From IMG/VR virus record IMGVR_UViG_3300029967_000162, positions 32,001 through 96,000 of that record: 64,000 nucleotides of DNA; one strand, written 5' to 3'. This document shows, piece after piece, positions 35,180 through 45,476 of the stretch. The position numbers and the translations under genes were made by a program. Within the stretch, counting starts at the first letter, position 1, and every line of letters begins with the position of its first letter. The stretch is from a virus (lineage: Duplodnaviria > Caudoviricetes). The notes under the pieces are model-generated. The model was not told where the DNA came from. It searched no databases and saw nothing but the letters and a program-made list of their open reading frames with translations.

Positions 35180-36922
35180 CTATCCTCTGTATGCTGCATC
35201 AGACTTCAAGATAGCTTCCTGCATGAGTTCAGGCAAGCTCTTTGAATATCCTAGCTCGTTGTCAAAGTCCTCACCACTGTACATCTTCTTGTATCTCTCT
35301 TGGAGCTGTGCTTGCTCAAGCATCATCTGCTTGCGCTGGCGAAGCCCAGTCCTTGCCCAGAATGCATCTACATCAGCCTTAGTCTCAAGCACCAAGAACT
35401 TAGCGCTCTCTTCGATTGCATCTTGCACCTCAACAGGTGCATCTACATAGAGCTTGCGATCTTCATCACTTGCAAGCCTGAGCCATGCTTTCTGCATCTT
35501 CTTCTCTTCTTTCAAGCCATCTTCCCAAGACTCGTTGATTGCAGCTACATCCATGATGCCATTGTCAACAATGTACTTCTCACAAATGTCACGGTCACTC
35601 TCAGAGAGTGCAACGAATTTGCCAAAGTTAGAAGGAGAGAGGCTTACAGAGAATGGCCACCTAGAGATGATGCTCTCTTTAGCTTCCTTCTTCTTGGAGA
35701 GCTTTGCAAGGAGGTCATCTACACTGCTGAGATCTTTTTCAGCTTTCTCTACTGCATCATCAACTTTCTTGGAGACTTCCTCTTCTTTATGTTCCTCTTC
35801 CTTTGGCTCTTCATCTTTAGCTTCTTTGACATCTTCATCCTCTTCAGGAGCTTCATCTTCCTTCTTCTCTTCTGAATCCTCTTCTGTTTTTTCTTCTTCC
35901 TCATCACCCTTGTGCTTGCCAACAATGCTTATGATCTCAGCGCGCTTAGCTTTCTTCTCATCATCCTCTTCAGGAGATTCGTCTTCCTTCTCAACAGAAG
36001 TGACATCTACAATGTCATCCCTCTTCTCTTCTTTCTCCTCATCAGGCCCTTCATTGAGGTGCTCATCAGGCTTTGCATCTGTCTCAAAGCTTGCGCTTGC
36101 ACCTTTAGCAGGCACAAGACCCATGTCACGAATCTCAACACCTGCTTCCTTTGGATCATCAATCTGAGAAGGCTTGCGCTCCTGTGGGATCTTGTCCTCT
36201 TCATTGAGAGGAGTGACTATATCTTTCATGCTGTATGTCTTGTTACTCATGTCTGTGTCAGCCTTGTATTCTTCATCCATCTTTGTGAGAGTAGTCTGTG
36301 CATCAAGCTTAGTGTGCTTAGGATCTACTTTAGTTGAAGCGCCAGCAGCTTCAGCAAGGAGCTTCTGCACCGCAGGGCGATAGCTCTCAGCTATACGGTT
36401 GAGGCGTGCCTCTTCAAATCCGGGTGTGCAGACTATGTCATAGGTGAATATGTTAGCTATCTCAACTTCATGAGTGTGCTCATCAACTTCACCTGCTGCA
36501 CGGCTTGATACGAAGATAGGGTATCCAGCCTTTACAAGACTCCGAGCAATCTGCCCATTTGGAGTGTCAAGCAACTCAATCTTGCCCATCACATTGTGGT
36601 TCTTTTGGTCATACCAAAGGTCTGTGATTTTGTGGGAAGCTTCCTTGAGAGACACATCAAACCTACCTTCTGGATGGTCAAGCTCGCCAAGTATGCAACC
36701 ATCAGCTTTGATCTTGTCGCGAAGATAGCCAATGTGTTTCAACATTTCCTTTTCTTGGTAAATTCTACCATTTCTGTTTATGATGGTCCTTCCTGGACAA
36801 CTGCATGCCGTGAACACTCCTTGGAAGATGAATTTCTCAGGAGCGGCAGTTCCTTCAGATTCATTAATCCTATGAAGCTGATTTCCACTATTGTTTCGTA
36901 TAAGATAGTTTAACTTATTCAT
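35180..36922 (-). CDS. Prohead protease (T4 gp21-like) with long acidic scaffold-like extension
   Basis: NRNGRIY, LGELDHP, SHKI, LDTPNG, VSSRAAG, TYDIV..PG motifs; E/K-rich C-terminal region. Confidence 0.92.
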   Translation of the reverse strand: MNKLNYLIRNNSGNQLHRINESEGTAAPEKFIFQGVFTACSCPGRTIINRNGRIYQEKEMLKHIGYLRDKIKADGCILGELDHPEGRFDVSLKEASHKITDLWYDQKNHNVMGKIELLDTPNGQIARSLVKAGYPIFVSSRAAGEVDEHTHEVEIANIFTYDIVCTPGFEEARLNRIAESYRPAVQKLLAEAAGASTKVDPKHTKLDAQTTLTKMDEEYKADTDMSNKTYSMKDIVTPLNEEDKIPQERKPSQIDDPKEAGVEIRDMGLVPAKGASASFETDAKPDEHLNEGPDEEKEEKRDDIVDVTSVEKEDESPEEDDEKKAKRAEIISIVGKHKGDEEEEKTEEDSEEKKEDEAPEEDEDVKEAKDEEPKEEEHKEEEVSKKVDDAVEKAEKDLSSVDDLLAKLSKKKEAKESIISRWPFSVSLSPSNFGKFVALSESDRDICEKYIVDNGIMDVAAINESWEDGLKEEKKMQKAWLRLASDEDRKLYVDAPVEVQDAIEESAKFLVLETKADVDAFWARTGLRQRKQMMLEQAQLQERYKKMYSGEDFDNELGYSKSLPELMQEAILKSDAAYRG

Positions 36923-37016
36923 AATGTCTATAAAATAGTCATGGCATAATGCATAGCACACACTGCCACAACTATTTATTTTTCATCATATGAAGCTATG
37001 ATTTTAGCTCTTTATC

Positions 37017-38363
37017 CTACAAAGGCTTGTAGCTTGCAACATAGTCTTCAGAAAACTTTGGATACACATTGTTGCCCATGACTTGCACCCTTGCTGGATC
37101 TAGCAAAACCAAGAATGGGTCTTCACATTTTGCAATGTCATGAGATGATGCATGGATTGAAGCCTGTGGCCATGACATCACACACTTCCTGAATGCCTTC
37201 TCAATCCACTCTTGCACATAGAGAGAGCTGCTATTGATCTCATTGACAAAGAGCAGCCAAGTGCACCCACATGGATCTTGCAACTTCTCTTTAGTTATCA
37301 ATGCCTCGTCTCCTCTGTTGCACTGCCCAAAGCACTTGAGGTTGCTCAATTGCACACCGGCTCTCATCGCTGCTGTCTCTACCATAGCTTTTGTGCAATT
37401 GTATGCTGCATCCCCTTCACCATAGTAGTGCTTAGGGACATAGTACCCTATCTTCTGGCAATTAAAGTCAATGTGCTGCTTAGTGTACCATACATCTTCT
37501 CTTGGCGAGACATCTCTTCCACACTCATCATATCTCATCTCTACCAATGGCTTTGGGAGCCTAGAGATATAGAATCGAGAGTTGCCAAGCACACCTGGCA
37601 TGAATCAGTCTACATATGGACTTGTCTTCCCGAACCGTGCATACTCCTCAACCTTTAGCTCTGTCGACACTTTGTCTTTCTGAGGAGCATTCACAATCTT
37701 GTTGCTTAGGCTTGACCTGACAAATGCAAAGTGGTGGCACATCGGCTTCTTGAACTCATAGATGCTCTCTGTGTCAAGCTGCCGCATGAAGTCAATCTCA
37801 TAAGTGAGCTTAGGGTTCACGACAAACTTCTTGAACTTGAATGGCACGCTTGCCTTGCAAATGAAGTTGAACCCAACCTCTGGGTTTGATATGATATGTG
37901 TGAAGTCTTTGTAGTAGTGATATCCAGTGCAGTATGTAGCTTCTATCTCTGGATGCTCCTCACACCATTTCACAGACTCTCTGATGTCTTCTGGCTCATA
38001 GAGCTCATCTGAGTCGATGATGAGCACTCTAGAGCAGCCTTGCTCCCAGAGGAGCAGTCGAGCCATGTTTCTCTTGTTGACTTCTCTTGCTGTGCTCTCA
38101 TTCCATCCATTCTGGTAGTCACAGTTGACAGCTGGGTCCAAGATTGACCAACTGTCAATGAAGCTTTCCTCTTTCAGCTTCTCCAAGTATGGCTTCACCT
38201 TGCTTGGGATCTCACTCTGCAAATCATAAGACTTGTCTTGCACATAGACCGCAAGATACTTCACTCCGGCTTCTCTCATTCGAGAGCAGATGTCTTTCAA
38301 GAACTCTACATTCTCAAATGCAATGATGCCTACACCAAGGTCTAAGTCTCTCTTTGTTCTCAT
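37017..38363 (-). CDS. Glycosyltransferase-like protein (paralog of N-domain of 24925..26883), 448 aa
   Basis: GVGIIAFE...REVNKRN...IIDSDELY...MCHHFAFVR; joined to 37017..37601 via TGA37605. Confidence 0.65.
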
Positions 38364-38372
38364 ATGCTTGTC

Positions 38373-39473
38373 TTAGTCTTTTTCTTTCAAGCCAATGATC
38401 TCAAGCAGCTTCCATGTCCTGAGCTTTGTGTGGTCAAAGTGGTACTTCACAATTAGTGGCAACTTCTTGTCCACATTATCTTGCATCTGTGGGAATGCAC
38501 AATAGTAGTTGCGGGCATACCAAGTGTGGTACAGCCATCTCTTGTATACTCCTGGCTTGTCAACCTCGCTCAACAAGCTAGTTGCAAGGAAGTGCTTCTG
38601 CTCATCTATGAAGTCTTGTGAGTTGAGATACCAGAATGGCTTCTTTGTGTTGATGCCAAGCCACCACCACAAGTTGTAGTAAGACTCAAATGCTTCTTCT
38701 GTGACATTCATGTCTTTCCAAGTCTCTCTAGTGATTTCATAGAAGTAGAAGTCTTCATGCTGCTCTACTTGCCTGATTGCTTCAATCCTCTCATCGAAGT
38801 CTCTGAATGGAGATGTCTTTGCATAGAGCGACCTTGCAAGCACAGACCTCCTGTTGTCTTCTTGGAGAACTTCTCCTGGGATGCTAGATGTGAACTCTGA
38901 CCACTTGATCTGCTTGGCTGTCTCAGCAAACTCAAGCACCTTCTCTGATGTGATGCCTGCCTGCTCTATCACCTCAATGTTCCAGAAAGAGAGGAATGGG
39001 TTGATTGCAATTGGGTTCTGTGACCTGACCAAGCAGCAACCTCCATCTGGTATGCCTGCTACTGGAGACCCAGATTCCAAGAACTTCTCAAGCTCATTGA
39101 GCATGAGCTCTGCACATGAGATATCAAGGAATGCATCTTCATCAAAGTAGATGACTGCTCTCACCTTTGAGCCACTATATCCAAGAAGCCGCTCATTGTC
39201 ATAGAGGACATTGTAAAGCATATACTCAAATGCATCTCTGCCATATCTGTAGCAAGTATCTACATCATCTTGATTGTAGATACAGAAGTGCTGCTTGGAG
39301 TCAAACTTGGAAGCTTTAGAGAAAGTCGATGGCAAGAACATCAAGTTGTCTTCAAAGAGAGGAGCAAATGACTTGATAGCATATCCACCAACAGAGTTCC
39401 ACTGGTAGAAGCCATTTGTTGTGAACAAGACTCTTAAATCTTTGAGCCTCTTCTTTATGTCTCTAATCTCCAT
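38373..39473 (-). CDS. Glycosyltransferase-like protein
   Basis: YFDEDAF (DxD), NPF..FWN and YHTWYAR motifs. Confidence 0.5.
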   Translation of the reverse strand: MEIRDIKKRLKDLRVLFTTNGFYQWNSVGGYAIKSFAPLFEDNLMFLPSTFSKASKFDSKQHFCIYNQDDVDTCYRYGRDAFEYMLYNVLYDNERLLGYSGSKVRAVIYFDEDAFLDISCAELMLNELEKFLESGSPVAGIPDGGCCLVRSQNPIAINPFLSFWNIEVIEQAGITSEKVLEFAETAKQIKWSEFTSSIPGEVLQEDNRRSVLARSLYAKTSPFRDFDERIEAIRQVEQHEDFYFYEITRETWKDMNVTEEAFESYYNLWWWLGINTKKPFWYLNSQDFIDEQKHFLATSLLSEVDKPGVYKRWLYHTWYARNYYCAFPQMQDNVDKKLPLIVKYHFDHTKLRTWKLLEIIGLKEKD

Positions 39474-39542
39474 CTTCTTACAAATAGTTCCCAAGAAAGG
39501 TGGTTGGTCTTCAGCCAAGCACATGAATTGGGAACTTAAAGT

Positions 39543-39995
39543 TTATACTAAATTTTCAAAATCTGTCTTGCCTTGGTTCTGTATGTACTTCTTGACAATG
39601 TCTTCATTGTTTATGCCAACTGTTGCAACAAAATAACCTCCTGTCCAAAGCTTCTTTTTCTTTCAGAAGTACCTATTCAAGAACAGCCTTGCATTTCAGT
39701 TCTTGTAGATGTAGTCTGTAGACATCTGCTTCATCCTCCTGACCATTGAAGCAATGCTATAAGTTGGTGAGATCTCAAGCAAGAAGTGAATGTGGTCTTT
39801 GTCTATGCCCATCTCGTGTATCTTGAAGTCTGACATAGACTCTGCATACCTGAAAGCTTCAAATACAAGATCTTTGATTGGCTCTAGCACGGGTTTCCTA
39901 TATTTTGTTGAGAACACAACATGATATCTGATGTGTGTCCTAGCATGTGAATAAGTCTTGTAATAGAACTCTATATTATTTTTTTCTTGTTGCAA
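39543..39995 (-). CDS. tnpA: HUH Y1 transposase
   Basis: YHVVFSTKYR, DHIHFL (HUH), LWTGGYFVATVG, KYIQNQ; the catalytic C-terminal part is reached only through two TGAs. Confidence 0.92.
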
Positions 39996-40031
39996 GATAA
40001 ATAAAGTAAGTTTAGTATATATATTTGTACT

Positions 40032-41345
40032 TTGGAAAGACTTGCCAAAAATAAATCAATTGCTGACTCTTACAGGCAGACTATGCAGAAGAGGCAGGGG
40101 CAAGTCTGCAAAGTGTACACAGTCAAAGTCCAGAAGAACAGGCTCAACAAAGTCCAAGCAGAGACTTTGAAGATGCAATTTGTTGAGGCTAAGTGGCTCT
40201 ACAACTATATTCTCAACAAGTCAATGGAAGGTGATATTAACATCTTTAAAGCTGACTATAAAGACTTCAAGAAGATAACACATCTTGATAAAGACCACAA
40301 TGAAGTAGAGGTTGACATATCATTTCTTGATTGTCAAGGCATGCAGAGCTTGATAACTTCTATCCAGTCTTCTATCAAGACTTTGCACAAGCTGAAGGCA
40401 TCTGGAAGCAAAGTTGGCAAGTTGAAGTTCAAGACTGACTGGACATCATTGAACATCAAGCAGTTTGGTGAAGACAAGATTAGGTCAAAGAACAAAGTCA
40501 AAGTTCCTGGCATTCGCAAAGAGCTAAAAGTGAATGGTTTAGACCAGATTTTGAATTCAAGGTATGGAAAGCTTGACATAGCAAATGCAAAGCTTATCAA
40601 GAAGAATGATGACTACTATGTTGCTATCACCTGCTTCATCGACAAAGACGTGTATGAAAGACTAAATGACAAATCTAGAACACTTTATAAAGAAATAGTT
40701 GGCATAGACTTTGGTTGTCAGTCCTCATTGACCTTTTCTGATGGAAGGAAAGTCAACTTGTCTGTTGAAGAAACTGAGCACATAAAGAGACTGCAGAGGA
40801 AACTTTGTAGGCAGCAGAAAGGCTCAAGCAACAGACAAAGGACAATCATGAAGATCAGGAAAGAGTACGAGAAGATCGACAACAAGAAGAAAGACTTAGC
40901 CAACAAGACAGTGCATGGCATCTTTGAAGGATACGGCCAAGTGTGCATCCAAGATGAGCAGCTGAACAAATGGAAGAGCCAACATGGCAAGAAAGTCCAG
41001 CACTCTTGCCTGGGGCTTGTCAAGCAAAGGCTAATCAACAATGGTGCATTTGTCATTCATAAATATGTGCCTACTACAAAGATATGTCTTGAGTGCGGTC
41101 ATGTTGTTGAAGACATGAAGCTCTTTGATAGGACTTTTAAGTGTCCCGTCTGTGGAAGCACATTAGATAGAGATGTCCATGCAGCACAGAACATGGTTTG
41201 GTATCACCAACACAAAGAGACCATAGGTGTGGAGCGCACCAAATTCAAGCGACTGGACTTCAAGTCACAGATGGCTAATCTGTTTGGCCATGATGTGTAT
41301 GAAGGATTTAAGGTCGAAGATGCTCGGTCTTCAGCCGAGCATTAG
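40032..41345 (+). CDS. tnpB: RNA-guided endonuclease TnpB
   Basis: GIDFG, IQDE, PTTKICLECG...CPVCG..LDRDVHAAQN. Confidence 0.92.
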   Translation: MERLAKNKSIADSYRQTMQKRQGQVCKVYTVKVQKNRLNKVQAETLKMQFVEAKWLYNYILNKSMEGDINIFKADYKDFKKITHLDKDHNEVEVDISFLDCQGMQSLITSIQSSIKTLHKLKASGSKVGKLKFKTDWTSLNIKQFGEDKIRSKNKVKVPGIRKELKVNGLDQILNSRYGKLDIANAKLIKKNDDYYVAITCFIDKDVYERLNDKSRTLYKEIVGIDFGCQSSLTFSDGRKVNLSVEETEHIKRLQRKLCRQQKGSSNRQRTIMKIRKEYEKIDNKKKDLANKTVHGIFEGYGQVCIQDEQLNKWKSQHGKKVQHSCLGLVKQRLINNGAFVIHKYVPTTKICLECGHVVEDMKLFDRTFKCPVCGSTLDRDVHAAQNMVWYHQHKETIGVERTKFKRLDFKSQMANLFGHDVYEGFKVEDARSSAEH

Positions 41346-41413
41346 TTCACGAAAAGAAATCTTCGAAAATTCTATCTAGGAAGCTTGAGCTTGTCTAGAG
41401 ATTTTCAAAGAAA

Positions 41414-42130
41414 TTACTCTTTTGAAGAGAGAGCATCATAGAATGCTACATACTCCTCAAGCTCAGTGACTTTGAGCTCAAGCTTGAACCCGCTCTCAGC
41501 CATAGCAGCTTTCTGTTGCAAGATTGCTCCCTTCTTGTTGAGAGCATTGATGTACTTGATGTGCTTTCCAAGAGTCTCAAGCACCTTGCTGAATGAAGCT
41601 TCACTCTTCTGGTCACCATCAAGTTCTTTCATCACTCGAGCGGACTCAAGACCTATGCCTACAGGATGCTTGGCAGACTCAAAGATGTAAATGAGTGCAA
41701 AGATGTCAAGGTCGAACTTCTCGGTCTTCCCAGTCTCAAGGTCTTCAATCACTTTAGTGATAACCTCATCAAAGTGGAGAGCACCTACCCATCCCTTGTT
41801 CTCCCAAGAGCCAAGCTTCTCATTGTATGTCTTGAGAGCCTTTGCAGCCTTGAGCGCATCTTCTTTGTTCCCGTCTATGATGTTGAAAGAGCTAGTGTTG
41901 AACTCTTTGTTGAATGCCTCAAATGCTTCATTGCACTCTTTCTTGTAGTCATCAGTCACACCATCTTGAGAGATTGTAGCATACTTTTCAAACCTCTCAT
42001 TGAAGGCTTTGACCATCTCTTCAGGTGTCCCTTCAGGATTTGCTTGGACATTTTCTTGAGCTGTTGCCTCAGCCTTCTCTTTGAGAGCCTCTGCAACATT
42101 TGTGCTCTCAGCCTTCTTTGTCTTTGCCAT
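41414..42130 (-). CDS. Hypothetical protein
   Basis: Clean 238-aa ORF with strong codon bias. Confidence 0.75.
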   Translation of the reverse strand: MAKTKKAESTNVAEALKEKAEATAQENVQANPEGTPEEMVKAFNERFEKYATISQDGVTDDYKKECNEAFEAFNKEFNTSSFNIIDGNKEDALKAAKALKTYNEKLGSWENKGWVGALHFDEVITKVIEDLETGKTEKFDLDIFALIYIFESAKHPVGIGLESARVMKELDGDQKSEASFSKVLETLGKHIKYINALNKKGAILQQKAAMAESGFKLELKVTELEEYVAFYDALSSKE

Positions 42131-42176
42131 TTGCTGGTACTAATTTTTAATTTTATTGGACTATGCGCATGTTTGT

Positions 42177-42467
42177 CTAGAAAGATGAAGTGTAGCCAAG
42201 CTTTGCAAGCTTCCTGACAAGTGGCACAATGACCTTGTCTCGAGACACATTGCCGGTGAAGCAGTCTATCTCTTTAGTTCCGTCTACAAGCAAGAGCTTG
42301 CCAGATCCGATCTCTTTGTCAGCCTCTATGTCATCTTCCATCACAGTCGCATACACGACATATTCAAGCTCATCTTCTCTAGGTGTGCTGTACACTTTCC
42401 CATGCAGTGTCTGTGCATTAGAGTTGAACTTGACATCTGCAACAAGGTTGCTTTCTTTCTTTTCCAT
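42177..42467 (-). CDS. Hypothetical protein
   Basis: Clean ORF co-oriented with its neighbour. Confidence 0.65.
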   Translation of the reverse strand: MEKKESNLVADVKFNSNAQTLHGKVYSTPREDELEYVVYATVMEDDIEADKEIGSGKLLLVDGTKEIDCFTGNVSRDKVIVPLVRKLAKLGYTSSF

Positions 42468-42589
42468 CTTCAAGTTGTCTTAGAAAAAACTACATGTGTT
42501 TGTATCATTGGATGCAAGGAATGTCTCACATTTTGAGAGGACAAAGCCACTATCCCACTTTAAAAACTTTGACAAAAGAATTTTTGACA

Positions 42590-44251
42590 ATGGCAAAGAA
42601 GACAGCAACTGGAGACCCTGGGCAGATGAGTTCTGTGTTTGATCTCATAAAGAGCTTTGATGACTCAGCAGAGATCATCGCAGACAGTGCATACTCTAAC
42701 ATCAAAGAGTGGATTCCATCAGGCAACTACATATTGAATGCATGCATGTCTGGTGACTTGTTCAAGGGACTTCCTTCCGGCAGGACAATATCTTTGATTG
42801 GCGAAGAAGGGACTGGCAAGTCATATTTGCAAGTATCATTTTGTCGTGAAGCACAGAAACTTGGATGGGTCCCCGTGATATTGGATAGTGAGGGTGCGAT
42901 TGACTCTACATTTGTTGAACGGCTTGGTGTAGATCCCAAGAACTGCATCATCAAGCAGGTGAACACAATCTTTGAGACAAACAACTTCATATCTAACTTG
43001 GCCAAGTCTCTGCAAGAGCAGCAAGACAAGTATGGTGAGCACCAGAAAGTGATACTTGTGCTTGACTCTCTTGGCAACTTGACTTCAAGCAAAGAGCGTG
43101 ATGACACAATGGCTGGTGAGCAGAAGCGAGACATGACGAAGGCACAAGAGATTCGTGCACTGTTCAGGGTAAACCAAGTAGCATTGTCTAAGCTGCAGAT
43201 CCCATGGATTGTAATTGGGCATGTTTATGCATGCCTATCTAAAGATGCTGAAGTGCTTATGGCTGACAACTCAACAAAGAACATCAATGAGGTATCTATT
43301 GGTGAGAAAGTCATGACTCTTGCTGGTCCTAGAAAAGTTGAGTCACTTCATGAATATGAAGTGAAGAATTGCATACATTTTGTGTTTGAAGATAGTACTT
43401 CTCTCACTTGCACACCAAACCATATGTTTGCCCAATCTGTAGAAGATGGTGGATATATATGGGTAGAAGCAGCAAATTTGATTGAATGCGACACAGTAGT
43501 GCTCAAAGATTCTCATGAGCTTAGAATCACATCAAAGACAATCATAGAAGAACAAACAAAAGTCTATGACTTGACTGTGAGTGGTGAGCACACATATTTC
43601 TTGAAGAATGGAATCATATCACACAACAGCAATGACATGTTCCATCCAGGCCCTCAGCAGTCAGGTGGAGGTGGCATCAAGTACAACTCTTCTATCACAT
43701 TGCTCCTCTCTACTAGGAAGCTTGAAGACAAAGAGAATGATGCAGCGGCTGGCAAGAACATAGGCAACACCCAGACTAAGAATGGCATACTTGTCAGTGT
43801 GACACCTAAGAAGTCTAGGTTCTGTGTGCCTAACAAAGTCTCATTCCAGATTCCATTCTTCAAGGCACCTAATCCATATGTTGGGCTCGAGCAATACTTG
43901 AACTGGGAGAATGCAGGTGTATGTCGTGGCAATGTCCTTGATGAGAAGGCATATGCCAAGCTGAATGCAGCTGAGCAGGCTAAGTGCCATGAGTTTGAGC
44001 ATGATGGGCAAAAGCTCTGGTGCCAGCCTAAGGACAATGCACGTGGCATGGCGGTGAAGCATCTTGGACGGCAAGTCTCATTCATTGAGTTCTTCTCAGA
44101 TGTCGTGTTCACAGATGACTACTTGCATGAGATCAATGAGAGAGTGATCAAGCCAATATTCCAGCTGCCTTCACGAGATGCATTTGATGACATCAAAGAT
44201 GTTGAGGAGACACTTGGGATCGACCAAGAAGATGAAGAGACAACAGAGTAG
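42590..44251 (+). CDS. uvsX: RecA/UvsX recombinase containing an intein
   Basis: GEEGTGKS Walker A, LDSEGA, LDSLGNL, DMTKAQ, SGGGGIKYNSS, KSRF. Confidence 0.93.
   Translation: MAKKTATGDPGQMSSVFDLIKSFDDSAEIIADSAYSNIKEWIPSGNYILNACMSGDLFKGLPSGRTISLIGEEGTGKSYLQVSFCREAQKLGWVPVILDSEGAIDSTFVERLGVDPKNCIIKQVNTIFETNNFISNLAKSLQEQQDKYGEHQKVILVLDSLGNLTSSKERDDTMAGEQKRDMTKAQEIRALFRVNQVALSKLQIPWIVIGHVYACLSKDAEVLMADNSTKNINEVSIGEKVMTLAGPRKVESLHEYEVKNCIHFVFEDSTSLTCTPNHMFAQSVEDGGYIWVEAANLIECDTVVLKDSHELRITSKTIIEEQTKVYDLTVSGEHTYFLKNGIISHNSNDMFHPGPQQSGGGGIKYNSSITLLLSTRKLEDKENDAAAGKNIGNTQTKNGILVSVTPKKSRFCVPNKVSFQIPFFKAPNPYVGLEQYLNWENAGVCRGNVLDEKAYAKLNAAEQAKCHEFEHDGQKLWCQPKDNARGMAVKHLGRQVSFIEFFSDVVFTDDYLHEINERVIKPIFQLPSRDAFDDIKDVEETLGIDQEDEETTE
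43232..43627 (+). mobile_element. Mini-intein (132 aa, no homing endonuclease)
   Basis: Block A CLSKDAEVLMAD, block B CTPNH, block F VYDLTV..EHTY, block G NGIISHN followed by Ser+1. Confidence 0.93.
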
Positions 44252-44315
44252 GCAAGCTACTTTTGGATGACGGTTGTTTTGAGAGCTCAGTGGAGATGCT
44301 GAGCTCTCTTTGTGT

Positions 44316-44999
44316 CTAGAGGCCTATGGCATCTCTTGCTTGGAGAGGAAGTGAAGAGATGAAAGTCTCAAATTCTTGTGATCCTTCATAGTAGTGCACA
44401 TTGTCTGAAGTGACCACAAATGACCTCAACACATCAACTAAGATGCAGACTTTGTGGAATGGGCTAGAGGTAGACGCAGACAAGTCTTGGAAGACATAGA
44501 TGTCATAGAGCTTGGCATAGTTCTCATACTCTAGAGAATCAAGAGCAATGCACCACTTTGTGGAGTTCCCTTGCTCTTCTATCTCTTCAAATGATGAGAT
44601 GTGCCAGAGCCTGGATGTGCTGTCTGAATAGATCAAGCCAGAAGCTTTCAAAAGCTTGTGAGCTTGTGACTTCGACATGTGCTTCTTGAGCTCTGCTTGC
44701 TTGACATCATCTATGAGATCTTGCCAGGTCTTCTTTGTCAGGTCTGGGCTGTCAATCTAAGGAGTGAGCTCATGCCACTTGTTCACTACTGAAGCAACTG
44801 AGAGATAGTTGTGCCCTTGTGTGGTGAGCTCACACATCTTCTTCACAAGCTTCTTTGTTGGTGTCTTGTCTGAAGCTATGAGAGCATCAAGCATGAACTT
44901 TGGCATCAAGTTGCCATAGAGCTGCCTTGCAAGCTTGAGTGATTCAGAGAGTTGTTCCATAAGTCTATCTATTGATTTCCTGTCAAGCTCTTTGAGCAT
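44316..44999 (-). pseudogene. Hypothetical phage protein interrupted by one in-frame TAG
   Basis: ORFs 44757..44999 and 44316..44678 are in frame across TAG44757; contains G..TKWCI motif. Confidence 0.55.
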
Positions 45000-45032
45000 A
45001 AATACTTAAATGTCAAAATTTTAGTTTAGCCT

Positions 45033-45383
45033 ATGGATTTCATCTCTTTGATAATAAGCATATTAGCACTCATAATCTCAGCTCTTGCATTGATTGCAAA
45101 GCTTGGCAAGGCAGAGAAAGGCGACAAGGGAGACAAAGGTGACCAAGGACCGATGGGTCCTCAAGGTCCTAGAGGTGCTGATGGTGAAGCCGGTGCTCAA
45201 GGCCCACAAGGAGCTCAAGGCGCAGTCGGCCCACAAGGACCCCAAGGTGCTGCAGGTGAAAGTGCAATCAAGGTTGAAGGATCACTCACCCATGATGACA
45301 TCATCAAGCTCCTCAATGAGTCTGATGTAGAGATAGAGAGCAATGTGAAGGCAAAGGCCTTCTATGCCAATGAGAAGAAGTAA
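45033..45383 (+). CDS. Membrane-anchored collagen-like protein
   Basis: Hydrophobic N-terminal helix followed by ~16 Gly-X-Y triplets. Confidence 0.8.
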   Translation: MDFISLIISILALIISALALIAKLGKAEKGDKGDKGDQGPMGPQGPRGADGEAGAQGPQGAQGAVGPQGPQGAAGESAIKVEGSLTHDDIIKLLNESDVEIESNVKAKAFYANEKK

Positions 45384-45476
45384 TCTAGAGAGACACCGCA
45401 CAGAAGAAGAGCTCTAGACTTGAGCTCTTCTTTTTGCTTATAAATCTTAAGCATGCAAAATCATTTCAAAGGTTAG

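Larger units (their letters stand above)
39482..41350. mobile_element. IS200/IS605-family element (divergent tnpA, tnpB)
   Basis: Related subterminal hairpins TTGGTCTTCAGCCAA (left) and GCTCGGTCTTCAGCCGAGC (right); TTAC just outside the left end; right end TTCAC. Confidence 0.88.
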
